Assembly (NCBI RefSeq): GCF_032444005.1
Contig: NC_091282.1
Span: forward strand, 669,228,001-669,292,000
Direction: 5' to 3'
Source of the DNA: Ranitomeya imitator
Lineage: Eukaryota
DNA length: 64,000 nucleotides
The translations under genes were made by a program, and so were the position numbers. The notes beneath the pieces are model-generated. The model searched no databases, was not told the origin of the DNA, and was given only the letters and a program-made list of their open reading frames with translations. Each line of letters opens with the position of its first letter. Within the stretch, counting starts at the first letter, position 1. This document shows, piece by piece, positions 61,929 through 64,000 of the stretch.

Positions 61929-64000
61929 TAGGAATATGGGTATATCTATTGTTCTGTATGGGGATTATGGGTGAAATATCACAAATACACATGCCCAGGA
62001 ACATATTTCATCTACTTCTGATAGGATTATGGGTATAATTATTGATCTGTATGGGGATTATGGGTGAAATATCACAAATACACATGCCCAGGAACATACT
62101 TCATCTACTTCTGATAGGAATATGGGTATAACTATTGTTCTGTATGGGGATTATGGGTGAAATATTACAAATACACATGCCCAGGAACATACTTCATCTA
62201 CTTCTGATAGGAATATGGGTATAATTATTGTTCTGTATGGGGATTATGGGTGAAATATCACAAATACACATGCCCAGGAACATACTTCATCTACTTCTGA
62301 TAGGAATATGAGTATAATTATTGTTCTGTATGGGGATTATGGGTGAAATATCACAAATACACATGCCCAGGAACATATTTCATCTACTTCTGATAGGAAT
62401 ATGGGTATATCTATTGATCTGGATGGGGATTATGGGTGAAATATCACAAATACACATGCCCAGGAACATATTTCATCTACTTCTGATAGGTATATGGGTA
62501 TATCTATTGTTCTGTATGGGGATTATGGGTGAAATATCACAAATACACATGCCCAGGAACATATTTCATCTACTTCTGATAGGAATATGGGTATATCTAT
62601 TGTTCTGTATGGGGATTATGGGTGAAATATCACAAATACACATGCCCAGGAACATATTTCATCTACTTCTGATAGGAATATGGGTATATCTATTGATCTG
62701 GATGGGGATTATGGGTGAAATATCACAAATACACATGCCCAGGAACATACTTCATCTACTTCTGATAGGAATATGGGTATATCTATTGATCTGTATGGGG
62801 ATTATGGGTGAAATATCACAAATACACATGCCCAGGAACATACTTCATCTACTTCTGATAGGAATATGGGTATAACTATTGTTCTGTATGGGGATTATGG
62901 GTGAAATATCACAAATACACATGCCCAGGAACATACTTCATCTACTTCTGATAGGAATATGGGTATAACTATTGTTCTGTATGGGGATTATGGGTGAAAT
63001 ATCACAAATACACATGCCCAGGAACATACTTCATCTACTTCTGATAGGAATATGAGTATAATTATTGTTCTGTATGGGGATTATGGGTGAAATATCACAA
63101 ATACACATGCCCAGGAACATATTTCATCTACTTCTGATAGGAATATGGGTATATCTATTGATCTGGATGGGGATTATGGGTGAAATATCACAAATACACA
63201 TGCCCAGGAACATACTTCATCTACTTCTGATAGGAATATGGGTATATCTATTGATCTGTATGGGGATTATGGGTGAAATATCACAAATACACATGCCCAG
63301 GAACATACTTCATCTACTTCTGATAGGAATATGGGTATAACTATTGTTCTGTATGGGGATTATGGGTGAAATATCACAAATACACATGCCCAGGAACATA
63401 CTTCATCTACTTCTGATAGGAATATGGGTATATCGATTGTTCTGTATGAGGATTATGGGTGAAATATTACAAATACACATGCCCAGGAACATACTTCATC
63501 TACTTCTGATAGGAATATGGGTATAATTATTGTTCTGTATGGGGATTATGGGTGAAATATCACAAATACACATGCCCAGGAACATACTTCATCTACTTCT
63601 GATAGGAATATGAGTATTATTGTTCTGTATGGGGATTATGGGTGAAATATCACAAATACACATGCCCAGGAACATACTTCATCTACTTCTGATAGGAATA
63701 TGAGTATAATTATTGTTCTGTATGGGGATTATGGGTGAAATATCACAAATACACATGCCCAGGAACATATTTCATCTACTTCTGATAGGAATTTGGGTAT
63801 ATCTATTGATCTGTATGGGGATTATGGGTGAAATATCACAAATACACATGCCCAGGAACATATTTCATCTACTTCTGATAGGAATATGGGTATATCTATT
63901 GATCTGGATGGGGATTATGGGTGAAATATCACAAATACACATGCTCAGGAACATACTTCATCTACTTCTGATAGGAATATGGTATATCTATTGTTCTGTA
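61929..64000. repeat. 93-bp tandem satellite, at least 22 units, continuing past the window end
   Basis: Unit TAGGAATATGGGTATATCTATTGTTCTGTATGGGGATTATGGGTGAAATATCACAAATACACATGCCCAGGAACATATTTCATCTACTTCTGA. Confidence 0.96.

Noticed and set aside
62321-62875. Hydrophobic 31-aa repeat protein ORFs in the satellite
   Set aside because: The unit length is a multiple of 3, so ORFs appear trivially. A common variant (TATAATT) introduces stops, and there is no splice or start context.
61929-64000. CRISPR-like array
   Set aside because: Contiguous tandem units without unique spacers, in a eukaryotic genome.

Overview
Eukaryotic, repeat-rich vertebrate DNA; the repeat families suggest a frog (inference). 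The only host gene I can support is BAHD1 (+ strand, six coding exons from 612 to 33387, 798 aa, all splice phases consistent). Its 24.5-kb intron (2113-26618) holds six Tc1/mariner elements, two with intact DD34E transposases and one a DD38E fragment. It also holds two fold-back hairpins built on Penelope-type minimal hammerhead ribozyme cores, several MITEs, and a 5.15-kb LTR element with one intact 650-aa Gag-plus-repeat ORF, no pol, and a Tf1-style self-priming PBS. Downstream of the gene are Kolobok/T2-type MITEs, a 10.4-kb nest of elements (piggyBac-like host, gag-deleted chromovirus, solo LTRs, Harbinger-type MITEs) and a 93-bp tandem satellite running off the window end. All alignments and counts were done by eye; family names come from recall of motifs, not database searches.
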